Positions 18,382 to 29,671 are shown, counted from the first letter of the stretch. The stretch is DNA of 64,000 bases from an uncultured Clostridia bacterium (GCA_947389015.1 CANDVA010000001.1:68142-132141); one strand, 5' to 3'. Notes: generated by a model not told the origin, from the letters alone. Numbers and translations: made by a program.

Positions 18382-19344
18382 ATGAAAAAGAGAATCGGCG
18401 TATTGACAAGCGGCGGCGACGCTCCCGGCATGAACGCGGCAGTCCGTGCGGTCACAAGAACGGCGCTGTACAAGGGCTTTGAAGTCATCGGTATCCAGCG
18501 CGGCTACAACGGCTTGCTCAACCGCGAGTTCGTTCAGCTCGACGTGCGCGCGGTGTCCGATATTATTCAGCGCGGCGGTACAATGATCTATACGGCGCGC
18601 TGCCCCGAGTTCAAGGAATGGGAGAATATCGAAAAGGCTAAGGTCATCTGCGAGGATAAGGGCATGTGCGGCATTGTTGTAATCGGCGGCGACGGTTCTT
18701 TCAGAGGCGCCGCTGATCTGTCAAAGGCGGGGATTCCCTGCGTAGGCATCCCCGGAACTATCGACAACGATATCCAGTGTACCGAGTACACTATCGGTTA
18801 TGATACCGCGCTCAATACCGTAGTTGGCTTGGTCGACAAGTTGCGCGACACCAGCCACTCGCACGAGCGCTGTTCCGTTGTAGAAGTAATGGGCAGACAC
18901 GCAGGTCATATCGCGCTGAACGCGGGCATCGCCTGCGGAGCTACCGCGGTGCTTGTTCCCGAAGTGGAATGCGATCTCGGCAGGGTGATCCAGCGTATAA
19001 AAGAGGTTCGCGCGGATGGCAAGAAGCATATCATAATCATTGTTGCCGAGGGTATCGGAGGCACGTATCAGATCGCTGAGCAGATCGAAAAAGAGACGGG
19101 CATCGAGTCCAGAGCGACAATTCTCGGTCACGTTCAGCGCGGCGGTTCGCCCACGCTTCGCGACAGAGTACTCGCGTCTGAAATGGGTTACTATGCCGTT
19201 GAGCTGCTTGAGCAGGGCATAGGCAACCGAGTTGTCGGTCGTAAGGACGGCAAGGTTTACGACGTCGACATTCAGGAGGCGCTTTCCATGCAGAAGCCCT
19301 TTGATGAGCGTCTGTACAAGATTCTTAACGAGATCAACTTCTGA
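18382..19344 (+). CDS. pfkA: ATP-dependent 6-phosphofructokinase
   Basis: IGVLTSGGDAPGMNAA, GGDGS, PGTIDND and MGR motifs; 320 aa. Confidence 0.95.
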   Translation: MKKRIGVLTSGGDAPGMNAAVRAVTRTALYKGFEVIGIQRGYNGLLNREFVQLDVRAVSDIIQRGGTMIYTARCPEFKEWENIEKAKVICEDKGMCGIVVIGGDGSFRGAADLSKAGIPCVGIPGTIDNDIQCTEYTIGYDTALNTVVGLVDKLRDTSHSHERCSVVEVMGRHAGHIALNAGIACGATAVLVPEVECDLGRVIQRIKEVRADGKKHIIIIVAEGIGGTYQIAEQIEKETGIESRATILGHVQRGGSPTLRDRVLASEMGYYAVELLEQGIGNRVVGRKDGKVYDVDIQEALSMQKPFDERLYKILNEINF

Positions 19345-19363
19345 TATATTTCGGAAGAATATT

Positions 19364-19465
19364 ACACAGAGTAGAATACCGCGCGTTAAGTGCCGACCGA
19401 ACGGAGAGTTGTCGGGCGGACGAAAAGCCGAGGGCTTGCGGTGCGGTGTTCGCATCTCGCTGTAC
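19364..19465 (+). promoter_or_regulatory. THF (tetrahydrofolate) riboswitch, folT motif
   Basis: ACAGAGUAGAAUACCGCGCGUUAAGUGCC...GCGGUGCGGUGUUCGCAUCUCGCUGU closely parallels the Eubacterium siraeum THF aptamer as I recall it (AGAGUAG, CGCGUUAAGUG, GCGGUG, GCAUC). It lies directly upstream of a folT-like gene. Confidence 0.8.
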
Positions 19466-19546
19466 ATAAATTGAATAACGGCCGAACAAGCCATTTGATT
19501 ATTCTTTTATATATAGCGGAAAAGTCGTATTTGGGAGGATAATCGA

Positions 19547-20185
19547 ATGGCTTTTTTTGCTAACTTTAAAAAATCGGCGCTGGAGCTTAAGAATCTGCGC
19601 TGTCTGTGCGTGACCGCAATACTGATAGCGCTCGACTTAGCGCTGAAATCGGTCACAATAAACCTGCCGTTTGCCAAGATAAGCGTGGCTTTTATCGCGC
19701 TGGCGGCTATCGGTATGCTTTTCGGACCCGTCGTCGCTTTCCTTGCGGGAGGGATAACGGATATTCTCGGAATGTTTATCGCACAGAACATGGACGCGTT
19801 CAATCCGCTTTTCACGCTCGTGGAAATGACCGGCGGACTGATCTACGGGCTATTTCTTTACAATCTAGATGTAATAAAGATCAGCTTTTCGAGCGGAAAG
19901 GCGTTCGGAAAATCGATAGGCTCGAATTGGGGGTCGTTAGTGAGGATAGTTCTCGCGAAGTTTACGGTAATCGTAATATGCAATCTCATTATGAACACCT
20001 CGTTTCAAGTGCTGACGGGATATATCGCGCCCGATGTATTCTGGGTAAAGCTGTGGGCGCGTGTTGGCACGAACTTTATTAAAATGCCGTTTGACGTTCT
20101 ACTGATGCTGCTTACTATGTATCCTGTAAAGGCAGCGTTCGTCGCGGTTTTCGGACGGTGGACGACCATTGGTAACGCAAAATAA
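19547..20185 (+). CDS. folT: Folate-family ECF transporter S component
   Basis: 212 aa, 5-6 TM segments, ECF S-component-like N-terminus (LCVTAILIALDLALKSV...FGPVVAFLAGGITDILG). It is preceded by a THF riboswitch. Confidence 0.75.
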   Translation: MAFFANFKKSALELKNLRCLCVTAILIALDLALKSVTINLPFAKISVAFIALAAIGMLFGPVVAFLAGGITDILGMFIAQNMDAFNPLFTLVEMTGGLIYGLFLYNLDVIKISFSSGKAFGKSIGSNWGSLVRIVLAKFTVIVICNLIMNTSFQVLTGYIAPDVFWVKLWARVGTNFIKMPFDVLLMLLTMYPVKAAFVAVFGRWTTIGNAK

Positions 20186-20200
20186 GAAGAGGAACAAAAT

Positions 20201-20998
20201 ATGACGAAACTGGGATTTATCGGCGTCGGCAATATGGGCGGCGCGATCATCAAGGGAATTAACGGAAAACTCGGCAACACGGCGGTTTTCGCCTACGATC
20301 AGAACCCCGAAAAGCTCAAGGATCTGCGCTTTATGGGAGCAACCGCGGCTTCGAGCGCGTTTGAGCTGGCAAAGAAATGCGACTATCTCCTGCTTGCGGT
20401 AAAGCCGCAACAGCTCGACGAGGTGCTTGCGGAGGTAAAGAACGCCGCCAACGAGAGCTTGGTGATCATTTCCATTTGCGCGGGCATTTCAGCCGAATAC
20501 ATACGAGAGCGCACTTTTGCAAACGCTAAGGTAGTGCTTGTAATGCCGAATACCCCGATGATGCTCGGCGTGGGTGCGTCCGCAATGAGCCATGACGACA
20601 AGGTATCGGACACGGAATTCGCGTTCGCGAGAAAAATTATCGGCTCATGCGGCATAACGGAGGTCATTCCCTCGGATAAAATGAAAGAAGTCATTGCGAT
20701 AAACGGCAGCTCTCCCGCGTTTATTTATGTGTACGCAAAGGGCTTTGTGCAATATGCACAAAGTGTCGGTATCGACCCCGACGCGGCGCTGAGACTGTTC
20801 GCGCAGTCGCTTATAGGGTCGGCGAAAATGATGACGGAAAGCGGAATGACGGTCGACGAACTGATAAAGCAGGTATCCTCCCCCGGCGGTACTACTCTCG
20901 CGGGACTGGAGGTTCTTGAACGCTCGGGGATCGTCCACATGGCGATCAACGCCTGCGAAGCCTGCACAAAGAGAGCGTATGAACTTGGCGGGAAGTAA
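20201..20998 (+). CDS. proC: Pyrroline-5-carboxylate reductase
   Basis: GFIGVGNMGGAI Rossmann start and a C-terminal SPGGTT motif. Confidence 0.9.
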   Translation: MTKLGFIGVGNMGGAIIKGINGKLGNTAVFAYDQNPEKLKDLRFMGATAASSAFELAKKCDYLLLAVKPQQLDEVLAEVKNAANESLVIISICAGISAEYIRERTFANAKVVLVMPNTPMMLGVGASAMSHDDKVSDTEFAFARKIIGSCGITEVIPSDKMKEVIAINGSSPAFIYVYAKGFVQYAQSVGIDPDAALRLFAQSLIGSAKMMTESGMTVDELIKQVSSPGGTTLAGLEVLERSGIVHMAINACEACTKRAYELGGK

Positions 20999-21028
20999 TA
21001 TTATATTGTTTTCGGATCAGGAGGAACT

Positions 21029-21502
21029 ATGGTTATTATCGAAATGGAAAACGGCAAGGAGATCAAGCTGGAGCTTTATCCCGAAAAAGCGCCTATTACG
21101 GTAGAAAATTTCCTTAAATTGGTTAAAGACGGGTTTTATGACGGTCTGATCTTTCACCGTGTGATCAGCGGATTTATGATACAAGGCGGCGACCCTACGG
21201 GTACGGGCACGGGCGGCGCAAAGGAAAAGATCAAGGGCGAGTTTTTGGCGAACGGCGTGGCGAACGATATCAAGCACGAGCGCGGTGTTATCTCGATGGC
21301 GCGCAGCAGAGCCAACGATTCGGCGTCAAGCCAGTTCTTTATCATGCATCGGGACGCTCCGCACCTCGACGGGAGCTATGCCGCGTTCGGACGCGTAGTC
21401 GAAGGAATAGAGACGGTGGACGAGATCGCTTCGGTCGAGACCGACTTCGGCGATCGTCCCCTTCAAGAGGTGCGTATGAAACGCGTATACACAGAGGAAT
21501 AA
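21029..21502 (+). CDS. ppiB: Peptidyl-prolyl cis-trans isomerase, cyclophilin type
   Basis: FHRVISGFMIQGGDPTGTGTGG and SQFFI motifs. Confidence 0.9.
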   Translation: MVIIEMENGKEIKLELYPEKAPITVENFLKLVKDGFYDGLIFHRVISGFMIQGGDPTGTGTGGAKEKIKGEFLANGVANDIKHERGVISMARSRANDSASSQFFIMHRDAPHLDGSYAAFGRVVEGIETVDEIASVETDFGDRPLQEVRMKRVYTEE

Positions 21503-21509
21503 TTTGGAT

Positions 21510-21545
21510 ATGGCACAGTACTTTTTGTGCCATTTTTCTTTTATT
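21510..21545 (+). terminator. Rho-independent terminator after ppiB
   Basis: 8-bp stem ATGGCACA/TGTGCCAT, 8-nt loop, then TTTTCTTTT. Confidence 0.65.
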
Positions 21546-21631
21546 GTACATATTGTACAAAAATCGGAGAAAAATTTTGTCATAAAATCGATTGTTTTCA
21601 CGTAATAACTCGGTTTTGTCTATTGTTGCTA

Positions 21632-21660
21632 TTGACAAATTACATTTTTTATAGTATTAT
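21632..21660 (+). promoter_or_regulatory. Promoter TTGACA-17-TATTAT
   Basis: TTGACA at 21632-21637 and TATTAT at 21655-21660, upstream of the deacetylase gene. Confidence 0.4.
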
Positions 21661-21707
21661 TAAATAATAGGGGAATTATCACTTAATATATTAGAAGAGG
21701 TTAGAAA

Positions 21708-23054
21708 ATGCGTTTTGGCAGCGTTGAATTTTTTAAGGTACTGATAAAGTCGGTACTAGCTATATTGTTCTTTCTTCCGCTGGCTGCCGCTGTGGTGTTC
21801 GGCGTGTTTTTCGCGAAAAACAACGCACAGCTTTCCGAGGTAAAAGAAAAGCTTGAAACGGTAGAAGACGAAAACCGCCGCCTTTCGCTGGTGGCAGACG
21901 CGCTAATGAATGAAAAAACAGGCACGATAGAGGGGTTTGCCGAGTTATTTGCCCGGAGCGGGATAGCGTATACGGAGCTCATTTCCTACGTGAGCGAGAA
22001 TAATGAGATAAGCGCTCGGGAGATATACGATATATTATTGAGATCGGGTCTGACCGATAAGGAAATTATTACGATAGTGTTGTCGAAAAAGACTGTGAAC
22101 GGTGAGAGCTTTTACGAATTGATATCGAAAAACGGTATTTCGGATAAGGATATCATCTCTGCTATCGCCAACAAGAACGGCGGAACTATCGATGAGTATT
22201 ACGATATACTCAAGGAATGCGGGCTGTCGGACGAGGATATAGTCGCGTATATCAACAAGAAAAATCCGAACGTATCCACTGCTCCCGTTTCAAGCAGCAC
22301 GGAAAATTCGGGCAGCTCGTCGAGTACGGGCAGTACAAGCTCCGTTCCAGATGAAACGAGCGAGCCTCAGGGGCAATACTCGGCGCTGTACGAGGATCTG
22401 TATGTAGAAGAACCTCCCGAGTATGTGCGGGAGGAAAACACCGTTTATCTGACGTTTGACGACGGTCCCTCAAGCAACACCTACTCGATACTGTCGTACC
22501 TGAGGAAGGCTAACGTCAAGGCGACGTTCTTTGTAGTGCCGAACCGCTCCGAGGAGTGCGCGGCAACGCTAAGAGCTATCGCCGCAGACGGTCACGCTAT
22601 CGGCGTTCACAGCGCGACGCACGAATATGAGAAGATATACGCGTCCGTAGAGGCGTTCCTCGACGATTTCTACGAGGCATGGGATATTATACGGGACGCG
22701 ACGGGGATATCTACCGAGATATTCCGTTTCCCCGGGGGGAGCAACAACGACTACAACGTGGATACGCGCGAGGCGATAATCGCGGAAATGTCGCGGCGCG
22801 GTTTCAGGTTCTATGACTGGAACGTGGACAGCTACGATGTTGCGGGAGCAACGTGGACGCAGATGTATAACTCCATTCCCAAGGAGGTCAAGGGAAATGC
22901 CCGTTCTATCGTGCTTATGCACGACGCGGAAAGCAGACAGAATACGGTGCTTGTTCTCGAGGATATAATAAAAGTATTGCTTGATGAGGGTTATAAGTTC
23001 GATAAGATAAACAGTGACACAAAACCCGTACAGTTTGTCGGACCGTTTGCATAA
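21708..23054 (+). CDS. Membrane-anchored polysaccharide deacetylase (NodB/CE4 domain) with an N-terminal repeat region
   Basis: N-terminal TM. NodB motifs are YLTFDDGPS, HAIGVHSATHEY and RFPGGS, preceded by a Ser-rich linker. Confidence 0.85.
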   Translation: MRFGSVEFFKVLIKSVLAILFFLPLAAAVVFGVFFAKNNAQLSEVKEKLETVEDENRRLSLVADALMNEKTGTIEGFAELFARSGIAYTELISYVSENNEISAREIYDILLRSGLTDKEIITIVLSKKTVNGESFYELISKNGISDKDIISAIANKNGGTIDEYYDILKECGLSDEDIVAYINKKNPNVSTAPVSSSTENSGSSSSTGSTSSVPDETSEPQGQYSALYEDLYVEEPPEYVREENTVYLTFDDGPSSNTYSILSYLRKANVKATFFVVPNRSEECAATLRAIAADGHAIGVHSATHEYEKIYASVEAFLDDFYEAWDIIRDATGISTEIFRFPGGSNNDYNVDTREAIIAEMSRRGFRFYDWNVDSYDVAGATWTQMYNSIPKEVKGNARSIVLMHDAESRQNTVLVLEDIIKVLLDEGYKFDKINSDTKPVQFVGPFA

Positions 23055-23084
23055 ATCGTTCATAGAGATTGAAAGGATAACGCT

Positions 23085-24203
23085 ATGGGAATTAAGGATA
23101 ATTTTTCGCAGGCAGTGAAAGAGCTGTGGAAGAAGGACGGGCAGGAGCAAACTCCCTCACGCCCCGACGGTCAGCCCACGGAGCTTGACAATTACCTCAA
23201 ACAGAGCGCGGAACAGCCATCCGCACCGAAGCAGCCCGTACAAAGCTTTGAGCCGGGCAGCGTACCTCTTGAAACGCCGTACTACCGCGATCCGCCGCAG
23301 AACAACGCGCAGAACATGCAGCAGAATACACAGGGCGGCTCTCCGCTGCAAAGCACCGTACCCGAGGGCGAACCGGGCGTTAATATGAATGTGCAGAATA
23401 TTCGACAGAACTTCGGGCAGAATACACAAAACGCTCAGAATAATCAGAACGCGCAGGTAATCGCCGAGCCGCAGGCACAGCCGAACAACGCTCCGCAGCA
23501 GGAGCAGCCGGCGCAAAGTGCTCCGCAGAACGCACAGACGCCGCAGGGGCAGAGCGGTTACCCCAATCAGAACGCCTATCCAAATCAGGGCGGATATAAT
23601 CCCAATGTTTCGGGGAACTACGGTCAAGGCGGCTACGGCGGAGGAGGATATGTTCCTCCCGCGGCGGGCGGCGGCACGCCTATGCAGTCGTCAAACGAGA
23701 TTGACGAGACCACTATCATTTCCAAGAATACCGTTATTGACGGAAATATACGCTCGCTTGCCAATATGCAGATAGACGGCAACATAAAAGGCAATGTCGA
23801 AACCACCCGCAACATTGATATGAGCGGAAAGATCATCGGCGATATTACCTGCAACAACGCGGGTATGAACTCGGCGGCAATGCAGGGCAATGTGTCGCTC
23901 AAGGGCAGAATGAAAATGGATCGCGACACGATACTTATCGGAGACCTCTCCTCGCAGTACGCCGACATCAACGGCAGAATAAGAGGAAAGCTTGACATAG
24001 TGGGCAAGGCGGAGCTCAAGCGCGACGCGATAGTTTTCGGCGACATCAACGCTTCGACGATCGCCGTAACGGACGGCGCGATAATTCAAGGATACGTAAA
24101 CACCACCTTCCTCTCCAAGGAGGACAGCAGAAACGTATTCCCCGAGGCTATATCGCTTGACAGCAAGGACGCGCAGGCGTCCCCCAAGCCCAATCAAGGT
24201 TAA
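23085..24203 (+). CDS. Bactofilin-domain (polymer-forming cytoskeletal) protein with a long Gln/Asn/Pro-rich N-terminal region
   Basis: The C-terminal ~150 aa has the beta-helical repeat pattern (IDGNIRS..IDGNIKGNV..SGKIIGDI..MQGNV..INGRIRGKL..VFGDI..IQGYV) typical of bactofilin/DUF583. Confidence 0.8.
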   Translation: MGIKDNFSQAVKELWKKDGQEQTPSRPDGQPTELDNYLKQSAEQPSAPKQPVQSFEPGSVPLETPYYRDPPQNNAQNMQQNTQGGSPLQSTVPEGEPGVNMNVQNIRQNFGQNTQNAQNNQNAQVIAEPQAQPNNAPQQEQPAQSAPQNAQTPQGQSGYPNQNAYPNQGGYNPNVSGNYGQGGYGGGGYVPPAAGGGTPMQSSNEIDETTIISKNTVIDGNIRSLANMQIDGNIKGNVETTRNIDMSGKIIGDITCNNAGMNSAAMQGNVSLKGRMKMDRDTILIGDLSSQYADINGRIRGKLDIVGKAELKRDAIVFGDINASTIAVTDGAIIQGYVNTTFLSKEDSRNVFPEAISLDSKDAQASPKPNQG

Positions 24204-24264
24204 ATAAAATACAGATAAATGTGTAAACAAATGAGCGAATAAGTAAAACCGAAAGGCAGGCATA

Positions 24265-24966
24265 ATGAGCGAAAAGAACTCGAAAAACGCTAACGGGGGA
24301 CTTGTTCCCCTTATCGCCACCATTGTGGCAGGCATTGCCGCGGTCGCGGCGGTCGTCTTTCTTATTGTGGTGAATTCGGGAGGCAGCAATCAGGGCGCAA
24401 CATCCGACAGCTCGGCGGGAATGTCATCGAACACGTCTATAACGTTCCGTCCTACGCAGGAGCTTATCGAGGAATGCAACAACAACGCGCACGACCTTGT
24501 CGCCAATAATTACGAGATATTGAAGATGTTTATGCTGGAGGGTATCCCTCACGAGGATGAGCCTTACGGCAACGAGCCCGAGGACGGCTACTACACCGCG
24601 ATATCAAGCAAATACCCGACCTACGCGGATTTGGAGTCGTTCGTGAAATCGACATTTACAGCCGAAGAAGCGGATAGGATACTCCATAATTTTGACGGAG
24701 ACGGTCTTAAGGTATATAACGCGCGCGAAAAGCACGACGGCACTCTGGGAATTATCGCGAGCTTTACGCCCGATACTTCCTACAACAAGCCTTGGGGAAG
24801 CACCCGCATACAGTTTATTCCCGTAAGCGAGACAGAATGTAATTTGACCGTCTTTCTCGGCGCTGACGAAAATACTGTTCTTTCGTCGGTTCCCCCTGAG
24901 GATACACTGGAGGTTTCGATGGTCAAGGGAACGGACGGTTGGCGGCTTACTAAGTTGGTATACTGA
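24265..24966 (+). CDS. Membrane-anchored hypothetical protein
   Basis: One TM (LVPLIATIVAGIAAVAAVVFLIVV), a Ser-rich linker and a ~170-aa extracytoplasmic domain. The stop overlaps the atpZ start (TGATG). Confidence 0.6.
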   Translation: MSEKNSKNANGGLVPLIATIVAGIAAVAAVVFLIVVNSGGSNQGATSDSSAGMSSNTSITFRPTQELIEECNNNAHDLVANNYEILKMFMLEGIPHEDEPYGNEPEDGYYTAISSKYPTYADLESFVKSTFTAEEADRILHNFDGDGLKVYNAREKHDGTLGIIASFTPDTSYNKPWGSTRIQFIPVSETECNLTVFLGADENTVLSSVPPEDTLEVSMVKGTDGWRLTKLVY

Positions 24967-25271
24967 TGATGAAGAAGGATAACCCGTTTTCGGTTTACGC
25001 TAAAGTAAGCCAACTGGCATTTGTGATAATAACGCCGCTGCTGCTGTTTCTTGGCGGCGGAAGCTGGGCGGTAAGGCGCTTTGGACTTCCCGATTGGGTA
25101 ATGGGTATCTGCGTTGCGCTGGCGATCATCTTTATGATAGGCGGCGCGGTATCGTATCTTTATCAGCTGATAAAGATGTACGAGAAGTCGGATAAGCCCG
25201 CGCCGAAGGCGTTCACAAGTTCTCTGAGAGATAACGATTATTACGATGAGTATAAGGACTTGCGGAAATAA
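24966..25271 (+). CDS. atpZ: AtpZ/AtpI-family small membrane protein (putative F0F1 ATPase accessory protein)
   Basis: 101 aa with two TM segments, positioned immediately upstream of atpI-atpB. Confidence 0.6.
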   Translation: MMKKDNPFSVYAKVSQLAFVIITPLLLFLGGGSWAVRRFGLPDWVMGICVALAIIFMIGGAVSYLYQLIKMYEKSDKPAPKAFTSSLRDNDYYDEYKDLRK

Positions 25272-25275
25272 CATT

Positions 25276-25668
25276 ATGATAAGAAGAAATCAGCCCGTAT
25301 ATGAGGAAATGCGCTCTCTGGCACCGTATTTTCTGATTATCGGCGGAATATATATGGCTATTATGGCAGTGCTGTTTTTGGCGCTGAGGTTCGATTACAC
25401 GCTTCTGATCGGCGGAGTATACGGAATTGTAATAGCCGTTTTGAATTTTTTAGCGCTTGGCAAAACGGCGCAGTCAGCGCTGAAGAGAAGCGCCAAATCA
25501 GCGCAGACCTATATGAACGTTATGTACTGCATACGTTATCTGGGACTGTTCGCACTGCTCACACTCGGTGCGCTTGCACCGTTTATAAACCTTGTTGCTT
25601 CGGTGATCCCGCTTTTTTTCCCGAAGATCGCCATTACAATAAGGGCATTAAGAAAAAAGGAGGAATGA
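25276..25668 (+). CDS. atpI: ATP synthase protein I
   Basis: ~130 aa, 4 TM segments, located directly before atpB. The start is uncertain (25246 or 25276). Confidence 0.6.
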   Translation: MIRRNQPVYEEMRSLAPYFLIIGGIYMAIMAVLFLALRFDYTLLIGGVYGIVIAVLNFLALGKTAQSALKRSAKSAQTYMNVMYCIRYLGLFALLTLGALAPFINLVASVIPLFFPKIAITIRALRKKEE

Positions 25669-25671
25669 TAT

Positions 25672-26388
25672 ATGCCGACTGCATTGATGCTTGCGTCGGA
25701 GGGCGGCATCACCGTAAACGGACCATTGGTTGTCGTGGATAACCTGTTCGGTATCCCGGGATTCAAGCTGACGGAAAGTATTATCGTTCAATGGATAGTC
25801 ATTGCGATACTGCTTGCCGTTGTGCTGATAATTTCCCGTAACCTTAAGGTGATCCCCGAGACCAAAAAGCAAATGGCAGCGGAGTGGATCGTCAGCTTCT
25901 TTATCGACACGGTTGACACCACTATGGGCAAAAAGTACAATAAGTACCGCTGCTACATAATGGCGCTGTTCTGTTTCATTATGATACAGAACCTTATGGG
26001 TCTGCTCGGTCTGCGCAATCCGACAGCCGACGTTTCCGTCACCGGAACGCTCGCAGTGATCACTTTCTGCATGGTCCAATACAACAAGGGCAAGACCGGA
26101 AAGTTCAAGGGCTTCATGAAGAGCTTTATCGAGCCGCTGCCGTTTATGCTTCCGTTTAACATAATCGGTGAGTTTGCTAATCCGCTGGCTCTGGCGCTGC
26201 GTCTGTTCGGCAACATGATCGCGGGTACGGTCATCAACGCGCTGATCTACTTCGCGCTCGGCAAGCTGGCGATACTTATACCGGCGATCGCGTCTTTGTA
26301 CTTCGACATATTCTCTGCCGTAATGCAGGCGTACATCTTCATTATGCTGAGTATGTCGTACATCTCTTCGGCGGACTGTGAGGGATAA
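25672..26388 (+). CDS. atpB: F0F1 ATP synthase subunit a
   Basis: Conserved LALRLFGNMIAG (essential Arg) helix; 238 aa. Confidence 0.93.
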   Translation: MPTALMLASEGGITVNGPLVVVDNLFGIPGFKLTESIIVQWIVIAILLAVVLIISRNLKVIPETKKQMAAEWIVSFFIDTVDTTMGKKYNKYRCYIMALFCFIMIQNLMGLLGLRNPTADVSVTGTLAVITFCMVQYNKGKTGKFKGFMKSFIEPLPFMLPFNIIGEFANPLALALRLFGNMIAGTVINALIYFALGKLAILIPAIASLYFDIFSAVMQAYIFIMLSMSYISSADCEG

Positions 26389-26468
26389 CAGCCGCATGGG
26401 ACGTGCTCCCGAAAAATTCTGTCTTATATCCCGCAGGGGATATCGAGCGTTTCTTACGCTCACAATAA

Positions 26469-26789
<321 letters not shown>

Positions 26790-26832
26790 TTAGCCGATAC
26801 AACGAGTTTAGATTGAGAGGAGAGGAGCAAAT

Positions 26833-27393
26833 ATGCTGAATATACTCGGCGTAATGGCGGAGGCGGGAGCAACGGAAACGGCGGCAAGCAATACGTTTTT
26901 GGATCTGGTCTCCATTGATCCCGGCACGATAGTGTTTACGCTGATAAATACGCTCATAATCTTCCTGATCTTCAGAATTTTCCTGTATAAACCCGTGTGC
27001 AATATCCTTGAAAAGCGCAGGGAAATGGCTGCCGCAGAGATCGCCGAAGCTCAGAAGGCTAAGGAGACCGCTCAAAAGGCGGAACAGGAATACACCGCGC
27101 GTCTCGCGGATGCCAAGAACGAGGCTGCCGAAATCGTAAAGCAGGCTACGCTCAGGGCGCAGAAGCGCGAGGAAGAGATAGTTACCGAGGCTAATCAGAA
27201 GGCCGCGGAGATCCGCGCAAAGGCGGAGGAGAACATAGAGCGTGACAAACAGCGCGCCAAAAACGAGATCAAGGACGAGATTTCCGAGATGGTCGTAATG
27301 GCTGCAAGCAAGGTCGTTGAAAAGGAAATTTCCGCTAAGGATAACGAGGATATCATTTCCAAGTTCCTGAGCGAGGTCGGCGCGTCGGAATGA
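26833..27393 (+). CDS. atpF: F0F1 ATP synthase subunit b
   Basis: N-terminal TM followed by a long charged helix (ILEKRREMAAAEIAEAQKAKE...). Confidence 0.9.
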   Translation: MLNILGVMAEAGATETAASNTFLDLVSIDPGTIVFTLINTLIIFLIFRIFLYKPVCNILEKRREMAAAEIAEAQKAKETAQKAEQEYTARLADAKNEAAEIVKQATLRAQKREEEIVTEANQKAAEIRAKAEENIERDKQRAKNEIKDEISEMVVMAASKVVEKEISAKDNEDIISKFLSEVGASE

Positions 27394-27426
27394 CCGCCAG
27401 CCCCATAAACGTAGGAGGAAATTCAT

Positions 27427-27978
27427 ATGAACGACAAAGCTGAAAAGGTATACGGCGAGGCGTTCTTTGAGCTATGCGAGGAGCAGAACGAAAGCGGACT
27501 TAAGGACATTTTGGGCGAGCTGGAAAGCCTGAACAAGGTGTTCGCGGACGCGCCCGAATTTGTAAAGCTTATGGGCACGCCGACTATATCCGCAGACGAG
27601 AAGCTCTCGCTGTGTAAGGACATAATCAAAACGGGCGGCGTTTCCGAGCTTGTCGGAAATCTGCTGTGCGTATTGGCGGAAAGAAGCAGGATAAACTGCT
27701 TCAACGGCATTGTAAAGACCTTTAAGGAGCTTTACAACGAGAAGTTCAAGCTGGCGGAGATCACCGTCACGACCTCCTCGCCGCTGTCCGACAAGATGAA
27801 AGAGCAAATCGCGGAAAAGATGTCGAAGATAATCGGAAAGACCGTTACGATCAATGAAAAGGTCGAAGAGGGCATTATCGGCGGCATAATCATAGACTAC
27901 GGCAGCAAGCGCTATGACGGAAGCGTCAGGGCAAGGCTGAGCGCACTCAGGGACGAGCTTGGCTCGGTGATAGCCTGA
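27427..27978 (+). CDS. atpH: F0F1 ATP synthase subunit delta
   Basis: OSCP-like protein of 183 aa with C-terminal IIGGIIIDYGSKRYDGSVRARL. Confidence 0.9.
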   Translation: MNDKAEKVYGEAFFELCEEQNESGLKDILGELESLNKVFADAPEFVKLMGTPTISADEKLSLCKDIIKTGGVSELVGNLLCVLAERSRINCFNGIVKTFKELYNEKFKLAEITVTTSSPLSDKMKEQIAEKMSKIIGKTVTINEKVEEGIIGGIIIDYGSKRYDGSVRARLSALRDELGSVIA

Positions 27979-28019
27979 GTTGAAGGCTTGCTAAATTCGC
28001 TAAGAAAGGGATGTATGTA

Positions 28020-29528
<1,509 letters not shown>

Positions 29529-29545
29529 CCGAAAGGAGTTTCGCT

Positions 29546-29671
29546 ATGAAACAGGCTTCCTTTGTACTCAGCATTGTAGCGACTACTATCGCGGTCATTA
29601 CGGCGTTGGCGGTGGCTTGGCTGTACATTGAAAAGAAAGTTAAATATATCACCACAGAGGACAACTTTTAG
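29546..29671 (+). CDS. Small (41 aa) single-pass membrane protein inside the atp operon
   Basis: Hand translation: MKQASFVLSIVATTIAVITALAVAWLYIEKKVKYITTEDNF. SD GAAAGGAG lies 8 nt upstream, and its stop abuts the next start (TAGATG). Confidence 0.4.
   Translation: MKQASFVLSIVATTIAVITALAVAWLYIEKKVKYITTEDNF

Noticed and set aside
14806-19344. dnaE-pfkA adjacency as something unusual
   Set aside because: As far as I recall, proximity of dnaE to pfkA is a common arrangement in Firmicutes, and both genes look ordinary.
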